This document shows, piece after piece, positions 13,501 to 28,595 of a DNA stretch of 64,000 bases; position 1 is the stretch's first letter; each line of letters opens with the position of its first letter. A model generated the notes under the pieces. That model was given only the letters and a program-made list of their open reading frames with translations, was not told the DNA's origin and did no database searches. The stretch is from Paramecium tetraurelia. Taxonomy: Eukaryota. Both the position numbers and the translations under genes were made by a program. Location of the stretch: the NCBI GenBank assembly GCA_000165425.1, contig CT868653.1:248001-312000 (forward strand). Reading direction: 5' to 3'.

Positions 13501-15634
13501 TGCAGCTAAAGGATAGACTACTTAACTTTATGATGATCCGGATAATATGTTTTTTGATTAAAAGGATGTCATCAAGGAATTCAATAAGAAATTGGCTGAA
13601 GATCCAAAATACGTGTTACCTGAAGGTTACAAAACATAGAAGGAAGAAATTATTAAGTTTAATTATGCATTTGAAATCCCAGATTCGAACACAATCGCAT
13701 ATTCTATTTTGGATGATGTTGTTTTTAAAGTGTGCAATTGCCATTTAATTGAGCCAATCACATCCAAAGAATTCTAACTTGTATGCAGACCCAATATGTT
13801 GGGATATGTGGAATCCAAAGTTAAATAGAACTTAGAGAAAGACCATTATATGGAGTAAAAGAATAAATCAATGAGGAAATCTGCATCAGTTTCATAATCT
13901 TTATCAAATGTGCCAATATAACCAAAGAGAAATCTGGAAATAGAGCCATTTAGATAATATAGTTTGGGTATCAAGTTGGAATTGGCTAAGATACCATTCA
14001 ATCAACCTAAGTAGAGATTGTTGGTTGAACAAGTAGCTGATGTCCTTGAAGACATGATATTTGCAGTAGAAAATAATTAAAAAACTATTACCAGAAAGTG
14101 GAATATTGTTAATAAGGTGTAGTAGGATAAGTTGGAGGAGAAAAAGAAGGAAGATGAAGAGGCTAAATTAAGGGATGAAAAAATATAAAAAAATCATGAA
14201 TAAGCTAAAGCCAAATTGGAAAAACTGAAGAAAGAAAGATAATAAAAGTAAAAGGAAGAGGAGGCCAAGGCTGCTTAGAAGGATTCGAAGAAGATACGTT
14301 AAGAAGAAAAGCAAAAGGAATAAGAGGCTTATTTGAAATAATAAAAGGATAAAATTGCTTAGAAGTAAAAGGAAGAGGAACAAGACAGAATCAAAAGAGA
14401 ATTATTGGAGAAGAAATAAAGAGCAGAAGAGATATAGAAAAAGAAGGAGGAATTCAAATTGTTTAATCAAAAGAAGATTGAATAATATGGAGAAATCTTT
14501 AAGGCTGAGCAAATTAAAATTAAAATGGCAGCTGAAGAAAGAAAGAAAATGGAAATTGACCATTAAAAAATGCACGAGGCTCTTTATAAGAATATAGAAA
14601 AGAAGGGTGAACAAATTAAAGTCAAAGAAAAGGCAACAAGTGAATTGATAGTCAAATTATTTAGAAATCAAATTTATTAGACCATTTTTACTAATAATAA
14701 CTTTAGATTGAGTTATCTCTATGAACTATTGTAGTTGGAATATTACAAATCTATTGAAATGATTGACTTTAAATAAATACCTTTGAAATTGTGGATGTGG
14801 TTTGGAGATAGATTCAGAATTTATCCAGACATCATATCACAAATTGAATTTATTAGAGTCTTTAATGCCATCACTTACAGATCTAATGAAATACCAGCAT
14901 CCTTAGATTATGTTGAATTTCTAGAAGCACTCTTTCGAATTAGTGTAAAAGGATATGAATTCTTTAATAAATTGGCCAAAAGCATTAAAGAACCAAAACA
15001 GTAGAAATAAGACAATTAAGAATTACCTTAAGATTAATCTCCTAAATCTATCAAAAGAACTTAATAAACAAAGGAGTTTATGCTCAATAGAATTAAGGAA
15101 GTATAATCAGAGTAAGAGAGGAGATTGGAAGCAGCCAAAAAGGAATTAGAAGAGAAGAAGAAAATGGATAAAGAAGCACTAATTCTAGATAATTATCAAG
15201 CATTAAATGATATCATTGGAACAGATAATGTCTCTGGACAAAATTACAATGAGTAGACTTTGGATGCATTTATCACTTATTTGGCATTACCAAATGATAA
15301 AACTGGAATTGAGTTGAGATTCAGATACTTGATGGAAGTGGAAGCTAAAAAGAAACCGAATAAATTGAGGAAATAAGGTATCAAATCAATTTAATATTTT
15401 AGAGGCAAGCAAAAGATTAGAAGAGGATGTGAATCAATGGAAAGAGATCAAAACTGTTGAATAAAATAGATAACCTATTTTTCCAAGTATTAAGTCTTTA
15501 TATCATTAGAAAAATCGACCATTAAGTAAAGTACGAATAAGCCCGTAGAACAATAAGATCCAATACTACCTTAGAATAATGAAGAAAATCAAGAATAAGA
15601 ATAAGAATAATAATAAGAATAGCAAGATAATTGA
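10560..15634 (+). CDS. Large protein: N-terminal calponin-homology-like domain, helical repeats, EF-hand-like segments and coiled coil
   Basis: NLYNWLCSLKVL...LENGIAFGQLL...SSILYNWKILCEEYQKVDIQID...ALILGGD is CH-like. Later IFKYVFFKY..INEAELWAFLKDY and LDYVEFLEALFRIS segments. Several tiny introns. Confidence 0.65.
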
Positions 15635-15906
15635 TTGGTATAAATAGTATTAATTTTTATTAAATATTAAATTTAATGTACTTTAACATTAAATTTAATT
15701 ATAAGAATTTATTGATTTCTTATAATTTTGTAAAATAATTACCCTCTATGCAATTATGTTTCAAAAGGATATTTTATTGATTTAGAAGGAGGATTGTTTT
15801 TCTTACTTAAAATTAGTTCTAAAAGATTAGTATCAAATGCATTTATTTTAAATTTTACATATTAATATATAAGTTATTTATATTTAGCAAATCATATAGA
15901 AAATTT

Positions 15907-16193
15907 ATGGGATGTATTCAACAGAAGGCTCCTAGTCCTGAAATTTCAATAATAATATTGAGTCCTCCTCTCTCCAATTCGCCATCAAATGAATTTACAC
16001 TGAAACCCTATCATAATGATAAATACCCTGCTGCATGTTTGCCTACTAATACTTCAGATCACTCCTTTCATGCCAAATTCATCAAACACAAAGGGTTGAC
16101 TCTATCAAAGAACGGTACTAATTAATATAACTATTTTTAGATCAGCAAAGGATCAACTATTATCAACACTGTAATAGTTGCCCATACTTTTGA
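15907..16193 (+). CDS. Small MGC-start protein (predicted myristoylation/palmitoylation)
   Basis: MGCIQQKAPSPEI... with a 26-nt intron (~16115-16140), ending YYQHCNSCPYF* at TGA 16191-16193. Confidence 0.5.
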
Positions 16194-17083
16194 TATTGAT
16201 TCAGTTATTTGTATTGACATTTTATAAATATATATGATGCAATTATAGCTATGCAATGATGTTAAAATTCTACAAATGTCACTTAGACTTATTTTTAATC
16301 CACACATAAATTTCGAATACAACTTATAAAATTCATCCAGAAAGGTTTCAAATGTTCTACAAAGTATCATAGCATTCTTGCATTAAAATTTGATGATATA
16401 TTAAATAATAATTAATATGATAAGAAATTAAATATAATTGGTTTTGATACTTGAATTTAACCTAAAATAATGGTTTATAAAGAATATTTTATAGACATAA
16501 TTCTAATTCATCAATTTAGTGATGGTTTTCTAATTCATGTCGTATATGATTCATAGAGATAAACTTATATTTCGAAATCAAAATCAACCTCAAGAATATG
16601 TACCTTAAATTCAAGTTTCTTTAAATTCCAATACCATATTTATCTATTGTACTTAAGTTTTATGAGATAGTTATTTAGTTATTTTTCTTACATAATTTTG
16701 TATAAATACTTAAGCAATACGCATTAATCGAAGTCGAAGTTGAAGAACAAATAAAATGAAATAAAAAATTAAGGATTTCATTATATTACTTCTTTAAGAT
16801 TTATCTAATTTTACCTATAAAATTGAATCACATATATTTCAAATGTGACTCAATAATTTTATTCCCTTTTACTAATTTGAAAGAAAAACTTGGGTATCTT
16901 TGATAGCTAAGTTGTATCATTTAATTATTTTGATAAAATATTATAAGAAAAATATAGGAACACTTCAATTTAATGTTTATATTTAATTTCATTAGTTTAA
17001 TTAAAAATGAACGGAATAATTATATTTATTTCAGATTTTAAGGCTCAGTAATATTATTTAAAAATAAATATTTAAAATAAATA

Positions 17084-17281
17084 ATGGGCTGCATGAACTC
17101 TAAACCTTCTTCTAAATTTTAACCTCCCTCATCTGCAAGGAGTTAGATATAAATCTAGTTCAATAGTCAAGATGAACTTCCTTACGTGATCAAAAAGAAT
17201 CCAATATTCCAAAGACGAGCCTCCTAAAAGTCCATCGTTAGTCCTGTGCAAACTGCCTCTTTTATCTAAAGAAATAAGTGA
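17084..17281 (+). CDS. 65-aa MGC-start microprotein
   Basis: Intronless: MGCMNSKPSSKFQPPSSARSQIQIQFNSQDELPYVIKKNPIFQRRASQKSIVSPVQTASFIQRNK*. Flanked by AT-rich UTR-like DNA. Confidence 0.55.
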
Positions 17282-17557
17282 GTCTTAAACTTAGAATGAT
17301 CTTTCTTTATTTTATATACACAAATCTATAAATACCCATTTTTATATACCCTAACAACCAATTGAAACAGGATGTTCTAAAATTAGATTGCTGAACATAA
17401 AAGATCAAGAGAATAATACATGAAGAGAACTTTAAAAGGTCAGTTATAAAATTGTGGAACTCATATCATTATTTGATTGACTGACCTTTTTATAAATGAT
17501 TTACTTAAGTGAATATCAATATAATAAAAATATCAATATTTATCAAAGTAATAGGTG

Positions 17558-18007
17558 TCAATCACTAGCTTTCTCTTTTATATTTCCTTATGACATCTAG
17601 CCTGCTTTTCGACCAATATAACCCCCAACTACAGCCCCAATGGTAAGTCCAAATCCTTTAATCATTGAAAATGCTCCAATAACTCCAGAGAATGCAAGAG
17701 TGATTTTGGTGCTTCTTCTATTAGGAATTTAAAATAATAAATACAGATTTAAAGTATCATCTAAAGCACCATCTGCTTATTATTTGATATTATTGACATT
17801 TGCACTTGACTTTTGAGTTTAATCCGCGATTATATCTAGTGGGTCCTCATTTTTTGTAATCAGCACATCGATTTCATCTTGAAAATTTTTCAATTGATGC
17901 ATTTCTTATTGAATTTGTGTGAGTCTCTTTATATCTTCCTCATTCTAATAATTCTTCATTTCGTCCAGGGAGTATTCCTTACAATCAGAAAAATCTGGTT
18001 ATTGCAT
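17558..18007 (-). CDS. Short SNARE-like protein with Gly-rich double hydrophobic tail (syntaxin-17-like)
   Basis: IQQEMHQLKNFQDEIDVLITKNEDPLDIIADQTQKSSANV is a SNARE-like heptad. It is followed by ITLAFSGVIGAFSMIKGFGLTIGAVVGGYIG and a basic tail. One 27-nt intron. Confidence 0.6.
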
Positions 18008-18028
18008 TATAAATTCTTAAATAAAATA

Positions 18029-20289
<2,261 letters not shown>

Positions 20290-20410
20290 AATAAAAACTA
20301 ATTTAGATTCGGTATTAATCTGCATTAATTAATGAATAATGAACTAATAGACCAAAGGTTATATAAAAAATTGTATAAATTCTAGATTATAAACTATAAA
20401 AAAGTAGTTA

Positions 20411-21347
20411 TCAAATTATGTTACAGATTAAAAATGCTTAAGATTCTATAAGGGCTAGATGAAAATTTGAATCTATAAAATATTTCAACAATTTTAATTA
20501 GATTAAACATAGTTTATCCTTTAACGTAATTTATGTTAGATATTTGATACCAACATGTTTAATGTTAGAAATAATGAGAGATAAATATTAAAATGTGTAT
20601 TTCTTGATAGGCAGTGATCTCTTAAATAGCTTAATTAATTGTACTAATATCATTACACAACAGTATTAACTTATTTGGATTTTTCTTCAAATTGTGACTA
20701 ATCTGAAATTTTTATATGCACCTTTTAACATGATTTATTGTAAATTATTCAATTTTTGATAAGATTGGCTTTTAAATATTTGTTAAAGTTGGGGATAGCT
20801 TTCCCTTTTGGACCAAGTCATCAAGAAAAGCCTAGAAAGAAAAATGAAAGTGCTTGTCATTTTTTATAAATTTACTTATCAAAGTATTTGTAAGCTATAA
20901 TTGTTCAAACTCCTCTTTAATATTGTTGCATTTGGTCAAAATTAAATTAATGGCATTATTCAAATCTATTGGATCATTTCCCTTAGTTATAATTTAGTGT
21001 TAGACTTAAAGGGTATGAGTGAACTTTATCTTAAAGAGACCCTTCTTTAACTATTTCTCTATTCAGTTGTTTCTTCAGTCTATTTATTAATAGTTTGCTT
21101 TTGAGCGAATTAGATTTTAAGTCTAAGCATGAAGTGTAATTTTGGGTTATTTATTCATTGATACTTTAGTATGTTAGGTTTTTGATGTCTCTGCATCGGG
21201 AGAGTATTTGACACTTAGATTGGGATCATAAATTTCATTCTATTTAACATCTAAATTAACCCGAGAATCTCCTAATTTTTTGAGTTCTTTAATTGTTTTT
21301 ACGGTTGTAGATTGGGTAATGTTCTAATCAATACTAGGTTAATACAT
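20411..21347 (-). CDS. Hypothetical protein (uncertain model)
   Basis: About 750 nt TGA-free frame on the minus strand. Joining it to ATG 21347 needs an atypical intron or a frameshift. Confidence 0.3.
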
Positions 21348-21658
21348 AAATTAAAAATATATTAAATCAATTAAACATATGAATATTTAAAAAATGACAT
21401 ACTTAAATCTTGCATCATTTATTCGAATGTATATGCAAGATCTTACAGAAATTGAATATTTACTATCTTATTCTATGGTTTATAATGTCTAGTGTGATTT
21501 CTCTCCAACTAATACATAATAGAAATAATTAAATAATTATAAAAAACTTATTAGTAAATTTATCATTGTTATAATTGCAATTGGTTTAAAATAAATATCA
21601 TGATAATTTATATATAAGATTCAATCCTTATAATGTTTTAATTAATATTCATTATTTA

Positions 21659-21970
21659 ATGGACAGAAAGTCTTAAAAGCAACTATCTTTGGATACATCT
21701 AACGATGATTACAATCTAAGAGAAGATGATGAGTTTTCAGAAGATGATAAAGGAAGATCAAAAAGGTTGGATTTTAGAAGCAAGCAAACAAAAAAACTGG
21801 AGAAACAATTAATAAAATTAGATAAAGTTTAGAACTCTTAGTAGCCTGTGAGCATGGAAATATATTACTTACTCAAATTCTAATAGAACTTAATTTATTA
21901 AGTGACAAGTCTTCACACCAGAATCATGAGGATTATTGAGAACTAATTTGATTATTCCACCTTATTATGA
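21659..21970 (+). CDS. Small hypothetical protein (103 aa), acidic then basic
   Basis: Intronless open frame MDRKSQKQLSLDTSNDDYNLREDDEFSEDDKGRSKR...YSTLL*. Confidence 0.5.
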
Positions 21971-22656
21971 TGTATAGATATTATTATTATAAATGCATTT
22001 CAATATGAGTATTCTATTATGATTATGAATTGTCCGTCGATTCATATATCATTAAATTTATATTTACATAACTCAATTAATAGAATCATTAAAAATAGAA
22101 AATTTCAATGATCTTTCTAGTTTTATTAAAGTCTTAAATGTTTATCACTAAACTTAACTACTAATAGATTTATATGTTTTGGTTATTCAATTATGTCCAT
22201 ATTCTGAATGTCTGAATTATATATACAATTGTCAAAAAAAATAATTGGCTCATCTATTATCAATCGTAGTGAATAGATTCTTGATTGCAACTTTTCTTAT
22301 TGATTTAGATATGCTGAATATGATGACGTGTGAAGTATTTCAGTGAATTGAATTATTTATGAAACCATTAGAATATTTAATTGAGTATTTTTAGGTTTCA
22401 TTCTGCCGCAAAGGAAATCAAGCCAAGATATTTGGTAAAGAACTACACAAAGGTTATAGTGTTCTCTGTGACTTCTTATTGAATGGTTATGCTTTGGAGA
22501 GAGTTGATCCTAAAACTATTCTAAGAATAGGGATTTCTTTTTTTAAATCATCTATAGTTAGAATTTGGTTAGATTTGGCAGGTTGAAATTACCTTTGAAG
22601 AATCATGTAATTCTAGAATATACAAAACATCGATCCATTAATTATATTAATTAATA

Positions 22657-23077
22657 TCAGTTTGAGTTACTACTATATTGAAATCTAAACTGATCAAGAA
22701 CTTGACCAATTTTATCCTGATTCATCACCATGCCATGTTTGATCTTCATGTGTTACATCAATGAACCCTCAGATCCATAGGATTTATTGCAATTAGAGAT
22801 TGTGCATACATGGCTTCTAGGTATTTCAACTGCACTTCTCCTATTCCTTTTACGTTTATCCTCTAATGATATATCACTCTCTTAATCCTCTAAAACTTAG
22901 AATTTTTACAATTTAGACTTAATTTCATTTTTTTCTTAGTTCACTCTTTCCAACTAATACTAAATACTAAGTATGTACATAAGAATGTAAAACAATATTA
23001 TAGTAATATAGCCTAATTGATTCCTTATAATAGTCAATTGGTCCCTAATCCTATTCAAAATTCTCGCTTTAGTCCAT
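22657..23077 (-). CDS. Single C2H2 zinc-finger protein with basic region
   Basis: Coiled coil, then KRKRNRRSAVEIPRSHVCTISNCNKSYGSEGSLMQHMKIKHG. One intron near 22954-22978. 3' end uncertain. Confidence 0.8.
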
Positions 23078-23994
23078 TCTGAAATACTTTTTTTTTATTA
23101 ATGAATCTAATTTATTTGTATTTTTTAAAACTTAAGCAAATATTTGAATAAATAATTAATTGTATTGTTTGCCACAAAGTAAACTGAAAAATATTTTGTT
23201 CTTATTTCTCATTGAAAGAGTTCCTTCCCCATCAAATTCCATCGTACTCCCAATACATGCCCCCAATTTTGAGTGACCATTATTTTCCCACCATTAGAAT
23301 ATCATAATTAAATGCAGAAAACAAAATATTCTCTTCAAATCTACCTATTCCCAAAAATGAGTGTAGTTAACTTGTTTCCTATATCTAACAGTCAACCCTA
23401 AGGGAAATCTAACTGAATTCTTTTCATTCTCTAAACATTGTTATTTGAGATTAATGGATTATGTTGAATTGTTATCTATTAAATTTTTAATTTATATGCT
23501 GCCCCAATCGTATTTAGAGTTCCTATCCAAATCATATTCAAACATATTTTTTCAGAGTATCATTTCATTTACTCAAAAGTGGAAATATTTACCTCAAATT
23601 TATAATTATAAATGTAAACATATTAAGTTTTTAACTATTGATAATTAAACTTTAATAAATATCATATAATATTTAAATAACCCATAAACAATTTCGATTC
23701 CATTAGAAACCTAACAGTATTCTTTTCTTGCATTTAAACCAGAAATAAGGAATGTTTCTAAACTCAAATCTAAAAACAAATTGTTCTACATATCAATAAC
23801 TATTCTTAAGTTTAAATACTTCACAAATTCTCAGGTAACAATGTAAGACAATACCATTTCATCTCAAATATGATGTATTGATTTCGAGATATCAATCTAC
23901 ATTAAATATTTGTCTTTTAATTAAGTTTGACTAATGAGTTTTAATTACTCACTCAATACATCTGAAATAATATTTATTTATACTTAATTTTATT

Positions 23995-25408
23995 ATGCTT
24001 AACACCATCTTTTCTTTGCAAGCTTTTAGAAATCTGGATACAAATGCCATGATCTTAGCATACGACTATGCGCTGTAATACATTAATGAGCTCTAAAATT
24101 AAATTGAACAATTAGAGAAAAGCGCAATAGATATAATTGTAGAAAAAGATTAAATTATAGAACAATTAGAATTAGAATTATAACACTCTTCAAGAAGAAC
24201 AAGTTTTCATAATTAAGAAGAAGTTACTTAATACAAGAAGTAACAGTTTTCATGCTATTTTAAGTCATATTTAAGAATTATAAACCAGATTGGAACATCT
24301 TCAAACCAAACATTATGAATAATTGTAAGAATAAGAAAAAGTGTGGAACTAATATTTATTAGATCAAATTGCATAGAATGAATTCTCAGTCGATTAAAAA
24401 TTGAAGAGTCATTTAGAATAAATTTTTATTTTAGAAGATAAAATAAATAAACTAGAAAATGAAGTAAAACTTTCATTTTAAAGTAGTTAGATATTAAGGA
24501 AAATATGCAGATATCATTGATTAACTAAAATAAAATGTTTAAAGAAAGCAATGCCAAGTTGGAAGAAGTTCAAATTACCTAAAATAGATAATTACTAAGA
24601 TTACAAATCGAACTAGAACAATGGCAATCAAATAATTCTAAAGAGAAAAACCAATACTTAGAACAAATCAATGTACTTTTACAATAATATAAAATAGTCT
24701 GCAAATTAAGAATTATAGGAATTACAATCACAGACTTCAGCTTTTAAAATACAAAATCAAAAATTAAACAATCAAAATAAGATCTACACTAATACGATTG
24801 GTGAGTTGATGGTCAAAAAAGCAGAGTTAGAATTACTAATCTAATCTTAGAAAAATGAGAAATAGGAATCAAATGGGAATAGTAAAACTGGAGCCTTTTC
24901 TTCTATTGATCAATAAGGAGATAATCATCAAATTAGAGAGGACATTAACACAACAGCCTTTGATATTAATGAAGATACTGCAGACATAAAATAAGAATTA
25001 GCATCCTTTTAATTTGATGAGAATAATGTTAATTTTAATCATCTCAAAAAAAGCTATTCTAATTATTCATTCCATTCAGAAAAGAAGGATAATATTGATT
25101 TAGACATACATCTAAAAAATTCAATTAAAACAATCAAATAATTAAATGCTTAAGTCTAATTACTCACCTAACAAATCAGAGTATTGAAAAGGTAGAATGC
25201 GAACTAAATAAATGCGAAAGAATATTTAAACATCATGGAATAGAACTACTCAAATTCAGTCTAATTAAAATAATAACAAATCAAGACATTAGAAGAGAAA
25301 TTGACTGTACAGAATTAAGAAATATTACAATTAAAATAAAAAGTTAAGTAATATACTTAAAAACTCATTAAATATAATAAGAGATTAACCAGCATTCAAA
25401 GCAAATGA
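23995..25408 (+). CDS. Coiled-coil hypothetical protein
   Basis: E/Q/K/L-rich frame with tiny introns (e.g. ~24240-24263). TGA 25406-25408. Confidence 0.6.
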
Positions 25409-25470
25409 GCACTTTATTTATACTTTTAACATTAGAATATTATCTATTTTTTTGTATGATAATATTAAAT

Positions 25471-26873
25471 TCATAAAGCCATAGATTCTATAGCCATCAT
25501 CATGGATTCTAAGGAGCCTACCAGATCTTGTCTTGCAGCAGGGTTCAATTCGTCATATTTCTTTTTTGTATCTTTTAAGTTCTAGCATAATTAAACATAA
25601 TTACCTAAATTTATGGAAGTAATGCTTATGCTGCTGTGTAGTCGCCATTATTAAATTTAGTTTTTATGATTTCATCCAATTTTTTGCAGGCTGCTTAGAA
25701 TCTATTTTCATCTATTTGTTTCAACACATTCTGTTGTATATTTTGAGAATATTCAGTCTTGTACTTATTGATTTCATTCTCATATTTCTCCTTCAATAAT
25801 TATAAATGTTGCTTGTTTTGATTATAGGTCCAGATATTATTATCATTTCTGAGGTATTTTTCAAAATTTCTTGTGACTTTTACTACTGATGTGTCTGATT
25901 TCTAGAAGTATATGACAGCCTAATAAGGATCTTAATCTAGTTTTCTGAATCCCTTTTTGATTGAAAAGAATTCTGGATTTGGATTATCATTCTAAGAGGG
26001 AGCTGCTAATTGTGTAATTTTATCAATGTTATCAAATGTGGTTGCTTACAATTATTGTTGTAGATTAACACCAGCAATGGCTAAGAAATAATTGATTTCA
26101 ATTTTTTGTTTCTTGTCTTGTTTAAGCTCTGGAAATTCAACTTATTTAGCATCTCCCACAGTTTATCCTAAAATATATAATATTCAATACTCTGTTGATT
26201 TTTGGGAACAGGGAAGGAGGCTTCTTGTGATTACTACTTTTGTTAGCCTGGGACTGGGAAATACGTAACGTCACTTTATTATTATGTTGGCTGAGTAGGA
26301 GCTTAAAATGATGGAGCTTGTGCTTATTGTTATGCTGGTGGTGGAGGGGGAGGCATTACGTTTTGTTGAGGTGGTGGTGGAGGAGGTGGCATGACATTTT
26401 GTTAAGGTTTTGGAGGAGGTGGCAACACATTTTACTAAGGTGGAGGCGGAGGAGGTGGAAGGTTCTACACAGGTGGAGGGGGAGGTTAAGACGCTGGTTT
26501 TGGCGGAGGTGGATTAGGTGGGTTAGATGTGGGTTTAGCTGCAGGAGGACCGGGAGGTCTAGGTGGTGGAGGAGGAGGCTTTAAAGATGATATAACATTA
26601 GTATACTGCGCCTTTGGGGGGAGGAGGAGGTGGTGGAGGTGGAGGAGGAGGTGGAGCTGCTTTGTTTACTATAACCTTGGTGTTGGGAGGGGCATTTTGT
26701 TATGTTTACGCAGGTCCTGGTTCTTATTAATTTAACATGGCAAGCTTGGCTTGGAAATCTGCTGAATTAGTAGGAGGGGGAGGTTTATTTTTAGCTTCAT
26801 AAGCGGCTCGCTCCTCTGGAGTCATTCTTTGCAAGGCCAATTTGGCCTATCTAGCTTACAATTCTGCCATCAT
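25471..26873 (-). CDS. Polyproline-rich protein with unknown C-terminal domain
   Basis: MMAELQARQAKL..., then repeated PPPPP and QQNVMPPPPP blocks (26310-26660), then a globular C-terminus ending ESMMMAIESMAL*. About three tiny introns. Confidence 0.7.
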
Positions 26874-26939
26874 GGCTTTATAATAATATAAAATATGCAA
26901 ATTCCATGTTTTATTAAATCATGATAATGTAGTTGATTT

Positions 26940-27809
26940 TCAGATTTTGGCAAAATCTAATTTAAATTATGTAAATATTTCTCGCTCTTTGGCCAAATCT
27001 AGGAGTGGAAGGTTATTGAGTTGAGCAATTAATTTTGATTTTCTATCATTATTTTAAGCCATTTATTAATTTTACTGTAGCATTTCTTCTATTTAGAGAA
27101 TTTATAACCTTGCAAATACTTCCCCTAGTAATTGTGAAATTTATTCTAATTTCTTTTGATCTAATAATAATGATATATAGATATACTTGGAGTATCAAGT
27201 GAAATCTGCATAGCCTATTGTAACTGAAGTTCTTCTTGAAGTTATTCGTACTCCAATTTGATTTTCAAAATTTGCATCTTTTGGATTTATTCTGCCTTAG
27301 AGTCTTCTTCTTCCTTAGGGTCTTGTTCTTCCTCTTCTTATTATTCTACTTCTTCTTCATCTTCTTCATCATCAACTAATTATTGATAGGCTGCCATTTC
27401 TCTGCGTTTATTTTAAAAAGACATTTCTGCTTTGAAAACCTAAAAGTCTCCCAAGGCCAGTAACTATTGGATATCTACTTCTTCATCGCCATCACTATTA
27501 AGAATTTCCTTGATAATCTTTAAACAGTTTTGCAAATAAATAGTTACCTATATTTGTAATTCATCAGAATTATCTAATCCTAGGGAACTGAAGAAGGAGT
27601 CGTAGATGGCAGCCATTTCAGTTTGAAATTGCTTGAATAGATTATTTTATTGAATTGATTATTCTTCGTCGTCGTCGAAATAGATGCAATACTCGTCAAC
27701 AAAGGAATTGTATTGATTTTTCCATGTAGGACTTGCCAACATTTAGAGGATGACTTCTTTTACAGTCGACTAAAATGAGATTGGGAATATATACATAATC
27801 TGAAGACAT
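26940..27809 (-). CDS. BART-domain protein, CFAP36/CCDC104-like
   Basis: LASPTWKNQYNSFVDEYCIYFDDDEE...QLLALGDFQVFKAEM matches the ARL2-binding BART fold. Followed by an acidic linker and coiled coil. Stop at 26940-26942. Confidence 0.72.
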
Positions 27810-27843
27810 GATTAATTATTTTATATATTAGAATACATTGATA

Positions 27844-28595
27844 TCATTGATTAATGAGTTCTCTGATTTCTTCCTCTTCTTATTCGTACTTTTATTCAGG
27901 GAATCTGACTTTATCAGGGACTTCAATGGGAATTCCTTTCTTGCCTATGGAAAGATTAATTGAAATGAATACCAGATGGGTCATATGGTCTGTAGATCTT
28001 TACTTTGACTCCGATGATACCTTGTTTGAAGAAGCAATGTCTGACGGCAACATCAATCAAGTCTTTCTTTGGTTGACCTGTGGAAATGATGTAACCAGCT
28101 CTGTATTTCATTGACTTGGCTCTTTGTTGTCCCAATTTACCAGAAATGATACATTCAGCACCAATAGCACCATCAGCCATGATTTATTTCAAAACTGCAT
28201 TAGCTGCTGTTCTGACAGGTACTTAAGCAAGTAATTTTGTTTTGAGTGATTCAGCTTAGGCTGGAGCACACAATCCCTTTGATTGAACTCTGGCGACGAT
28301 CAATTGAAGAGCCTCTAGAGTACAAGATAGATTAAGAGAGAATACCTTTGGCATATCCGAATCTCTTTTGGATTAAGCTTGTGAGTTCTCTCAATTTTCT
28401 TCCCTCTGGTCCTGTGACTCCTGCAGTGTTGGCAGCCTTGATTTCAATATCTGTTTAGACTGGGGTTGTTCTGACAACAAATCCAGCATAGCCAGCGTCA
28501 GTCAAAGCTCTGCTTAAAAAGGAGTGTAATTCAGCTTAGAAGACACCATCGGCAACGAACTTCTTCTTTTTGTTCATTTATCTGACTTTGCTCAT
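27844..28595 (-). CDS. RPS3: 40S ribosomal protein S3 (uS3)
   Basis: NKKKKFVADGVFQAELHSFL, GRKLRELTSLIQKRFG, ISGKLGQQRAKSMKY, QGIIGVKVKI. One 31-nt intron 28315-28345. Confidence 0.97.

Noticed and set aside
14168..14614. Hydrophobic Leu/Phe minus-strand ORFs resembling membrane proteins
   Set aside because: They are antisense of the E/K-rich coiled coil of the plus-strand gene.
21980..22650. Possible additional gene fragments here, and similarly at 7850-8550, 9000-9700 and 23100-23900
   Set aside because: No consistent frame or recognisable motif. These may be decayed genes but cannot be supported.
26318..26735. Trp/Arg-rich and Gly-rich plus-strand ORFs resembling antimicrobial peptides
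   Set aside because: They are antisense shadows of the polyproline codons on the minus strand.
25471..27809. Single BART-polyproline fusion gene
   Set aside because: An in-frame TGA at 26940-26942 and a 66-nt AT-rich gap separate two genes.
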